Under the pieces are notes generated by a model. The model ran no database searches and was not told the origin of the DNA. It worked only from the letters and a program-made list of their open reading frames with translations. Source: Chara braunii (Eukaryota; Plantae; Charophyceae). From it: a stretch of DNA of 64,000 bases. The stretch is taken from positions 614,867-678,866 of the forward strand of contig BFEA01000016.1 of the NCBI GenBank assembly GCA_003427395.1, given 5' to 3'. Below, piece after piece: positions 60,772 through 64,000 of this stretch. Position 1 is the first letter of the stretch. Each line of letters begins with the position of its first letter. The position numbers and the translations under genes are program-made.

Positions 60772-63599
60772 GTCGAGGACCTTGAGTGCGCGCCTCGTCC
60801 GATGGGTCAGTGAGTTCATGATGCTGGCGAAAGTCCTCTATCACGCGGTAGGAGAGAAAACTACGGTGTGGTCAGGGTCTGAGTTTGTAATTGCACCTGA
60901 GGCAAAAGGGTCGGTAATGCTGAATGTATATGACCTACGCTTTGGGTCTGGTGAGGCTGAGTGGGGGTGTGTTGTATTTACGAGGTAGCCTGGAGTGTGA
61001 CTACAAACTGCTTTCGTGACTGCGCCGAAGTTACCCCACTAAAGTATTACGGAGAACCCGTGGCAGCCACATCCGTGCTCAAGCCTCGAGCGGGGGAGCA
61101 TGCGGGAGCCGCCCCCACCAGCAGGGGCGATACGGGCGAGGTGCCAGCCGGTAGCATCGGAGTTGGGCTTCCTCGATGGACCAGTCATTTTTCCTCCCCT
61201 CTGGCCCTCTCCCCCCATGAGCGTCGGCGGCCTCCGCCTAATGCTACTTGGCGGAGACCAGCGACATATCTCTAAGCCGTGGGCACTAAGCTTGTCCGCG
61301 GGCTGCTCTCGGACCATAAGCTGCAAACACAGGCAGCTGGCGCGAGTAGAGAGCTCAGCGGGGCAGCACAGTGGAGGCCACGGCGGAGCGATAGCGCAGT
61401 GGCGACGGGTGCTAAGACCACAAAAAGAGGTTGTGGCGGAGCAGTGACAAGGGCTACAAAGTTTGTCGGGCTGATAGTAAGAAGAAGGGCTAAGTCGAAC
61501 ACTCTAGTAGCCGGTTCCTCCTCCGAGCTCGGGGTAGCACAAGGCGGTCGATAAAGTTTGCTGCGCAGTCGTAGGGTCGGGGACTACGACAGGCAATCGG
61601 GCGCAGACGGAGAGCGGAGCGAGGAGGCGGATGAATCTGGCGCGTTTTCAAGCCAGATGCGTTCGAAGTTGGAGATGGTGAAGAGGTTGGTTGGGCGCAG
61701 TTGGAGATGGACAACGAGCTCGGTCCTCATCGAGATCGGGCGAGGAAGGAACCGACCTTGGGGTTTTGCCCCGAGGCGGGTCGCTCGGTGAGGTTAGTTT
61801 TAGTGTTGGGGTAATAAAATTAGATATAGATGAGAAAGACGTTGCGTGGAGCTATGAAGGAGACGGGAAGAAGGGAACGGAAGAGTGTGTGGCATGGTCA
61901 GTCGGGGATGGAATCAGTCGGGGAGAGGGGCGTTCCTACCGTTTTAGGCGAACCCGATTGTGGAGTCAGAATAGGGAGACAGTTGGTAGAACGAGAGTTA
62001 GTAAAGAAAGGGTGTGCTTGGGGTTATGGCGGACAACGAGGATGGTAAGTGAGAAAATGGATAACTCGCCCGTTTCTCGACAAAAACGGATGGGGAAAGA
62101 TGAGATTCCGGAGTTTTCTGATAGGGCGATTTCAACGGAATCGTTAGTTCTCGAATTATTGGAGTAGGATTAGAGTTAGGAGACAAAAAAATTGCACGAA
62201 GGAGGGATATGGCGGGAGCAGAAAAATAGAGTTTTCACTCGATTGTTGATGGAATCGAGTGCAATAAAAAAATTAGGAAGGGGGACCCAAAAGAGTAATC
62301 CAAGCTTAAAAAAAAAAAAAAAAAAAGTGTTATGTATCTTCTCGCATTTTAGGAAAATATTTTTTTTTTTAATTCTGCATGCTTAATGGCGAAAAGCTAT
62401 GCTCAGGGTCGAGCAACGTGTGAATAAGGGAGATAGAGATGGAGAGTCGGACCTACCTTATCATTTGAAGTTGTACGCAATACTGCAACAGCGGCGAATC
62501 TTCCATGTCCTAGCGGCAGATTCATTCCGAGTTGGTACTTCGTATCGCTTGAAGTAGTGTGTGGCGGACCGCAAGGTTGGGGACTTACCCGCTGACTGGT
62601 GTGTTGCTCATCCTATCGATAGGAGTAACCTCCCTCTACTCCTCTGCGTGCTTGGCAGAAAACTGAATGCTGCTGACTGGACCTGGCCGTTAGTGTGACC
62701 AGATACTTACAGATAAGCGGCGTGTATATGAAGGCACACAAGTGCGACAAGAGAGAGAGGGGCATAATCCGCTTGGGCCCTGCCGTTGGAACCGGCTCCA
62801 GAGGTAGAAAGGCATGAGGGAGGCAGTAGGCGTAGAGACGTACCTACTTTTAGAGAGGCATCCCATCCCGTCGATCGCGGAGGCAGCCGAAGTAAGCCTG
62901 GAACGTTGGAAACTTACCTGTTGACTGGTGATAGCGTGGGCCTGCCACGTAGGAGTCTGCATGCACTTCGACTTCTACTACTGATGCCAACGGATGCGTT
63001 GTCAGTTCATACAGCTTGTGCGTTAAAGCAATGGATAGTAGGAGGGCTGCAGAGACATAGGCCATAGTCGTGGTGGTGAGAAGTGTGCTCTCATTGACGT
63101 TCGGATTCGGTAGTTTGATTCGCTGTTTGGTGGAGTATCAATACCTTTCTGCCATATGAAACAACGTTGGGCTTGTTGGCTCCCGGTGAGAATTGCGTTC
63201 CGAACTTCTGACGTTCGTCCATTGTAAGAAGAGAAAAGGAGAGACCGAGGAGGCTTACCTGCGGGTCAGTGGGTGCGAGCAGCTGGAGGGCGGTGTAGGT
63301 TTTTACGTCCTTGCCGAAGAAACACTCGGCTTGACTCATTCAAAGTGTTAAGAGTGACGTAAGGCAGAGCCTTGCTGCTGTACTTTTATGAGCTACGCCA
63401 TTTTGTTGTGTCTTTCACATTGGGCTTTGCTGCAAAATCCTCCCATCACTCGGGCAGAGTATAAAGGGCGGACTTCATGTGAACACAATGTCTTTAAACC
63501 GGGCGGCGACAGATTGATCACGAAGAACAACGCTGCAACCTTAGGAAGTGCTTTAGATCTCCGAAAGAGGGGGGTCGTTGCTGCGATTATGAAAGGGTG

Positions 63600-64000
63600 T
63601 AAAGAGGACAAAGCCTGCTGGGTTGACTTTGGTTTGGCCGGCTGCTGAGCATCCAGACCATCATTGCGGGGCCCTCAGGCGCATGAAAGTATTAAGGCCC
63701 TCTCATGCGAGTTGAGTCAGTCTCTCTCCTGTATCTCGAGAGTCGCAAACCCCTCATTCTGTCTTTCTTACTCTCATTATGGTCATGTGACGAGAGGAAG
63801 GCGGCAGGCGGGATTGCAACCCGTAGGACCGTAGCAAGACTTTGTGGGGAGTCAACCCATTGATTGCGGGAGCTCTGCCGAAACTAAGGAGGAGTTCTGG
63901 AGGTAAGGAACTGAGAGGTAACTTTTTCATCTCCTTCTATAAACCCAACTATAACCCATTATCTGTATTCCTTCTTATGTTTTGACTGAGTATACTGAGT
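63600..64000 (-). mobile_element. Large unclassified element, copy Z (structured leader plus ATG at 63664), cut by the window end
   Basis: Reverse complement TCCCGCAATCAATGGG..CCACAAAGTCTTGCTACGGTCCTACGGGTTGCAATCCCGCCTGCCGCCTTCCTCTC..ACTCAACTCGCATGAGAGGGCCTT..GAGGGCCCCGCAATG matches copies X and Y. Confidence 0.75.

Noticed and set aside
60782-63340. Short ORFs as gag/pol or host genes
   Set aside because: No recognisable motifs and many stops; likely decayed element interior

Overview
Eukaryotic nuclear scaffold, plant-like and probably a streptophyte (inferred from the U6, ribosomal-protein and mitochondrial sequences). It has many N-gaps and (AG)n, (TCC)n, (AATC)n and (TA)n microsatellites, which account for most ORFs in the supplied track. 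One intact gene is supported: a 5-exon, minus-strand U1A/U2B''-family two-RRM spliceosomal protein (9624-32833, 256 aa). Its long introns hold processed ribosomal-protein pseudogenes (RPL14, RPL31), mitochondrial insertions (rpl5-rps14, group II intron RT, trnQ, trnG) and a U6 retrocopy. The rest is decayed mobile DNA: a LINE 3' end, MITE-like and LTR-like repeats, chimeric LSU rRNA pieces and seven U6-derived sequences in total. Three items stand out. (1) A large multi-copy element family (about 36.9-40.4 kb, 54.8-56.2 kb, 63.6-64 kb, plus inverted partial copies at 48.7-49.7 and 51.8-52.8 kb) carries arrays of hairpins with conserved loops, variable stems and unique spacers, followed by a conserved structured leader and an ATG. 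(2) A canonical type III hammerhead ribozyme is fused to a ~100-bp near-perfect inverted repeat. (3) A tandem repeat unit carries the two halves of U6 on opposite strands. All alignments were made by eye, so repeat boundaries are approximate.
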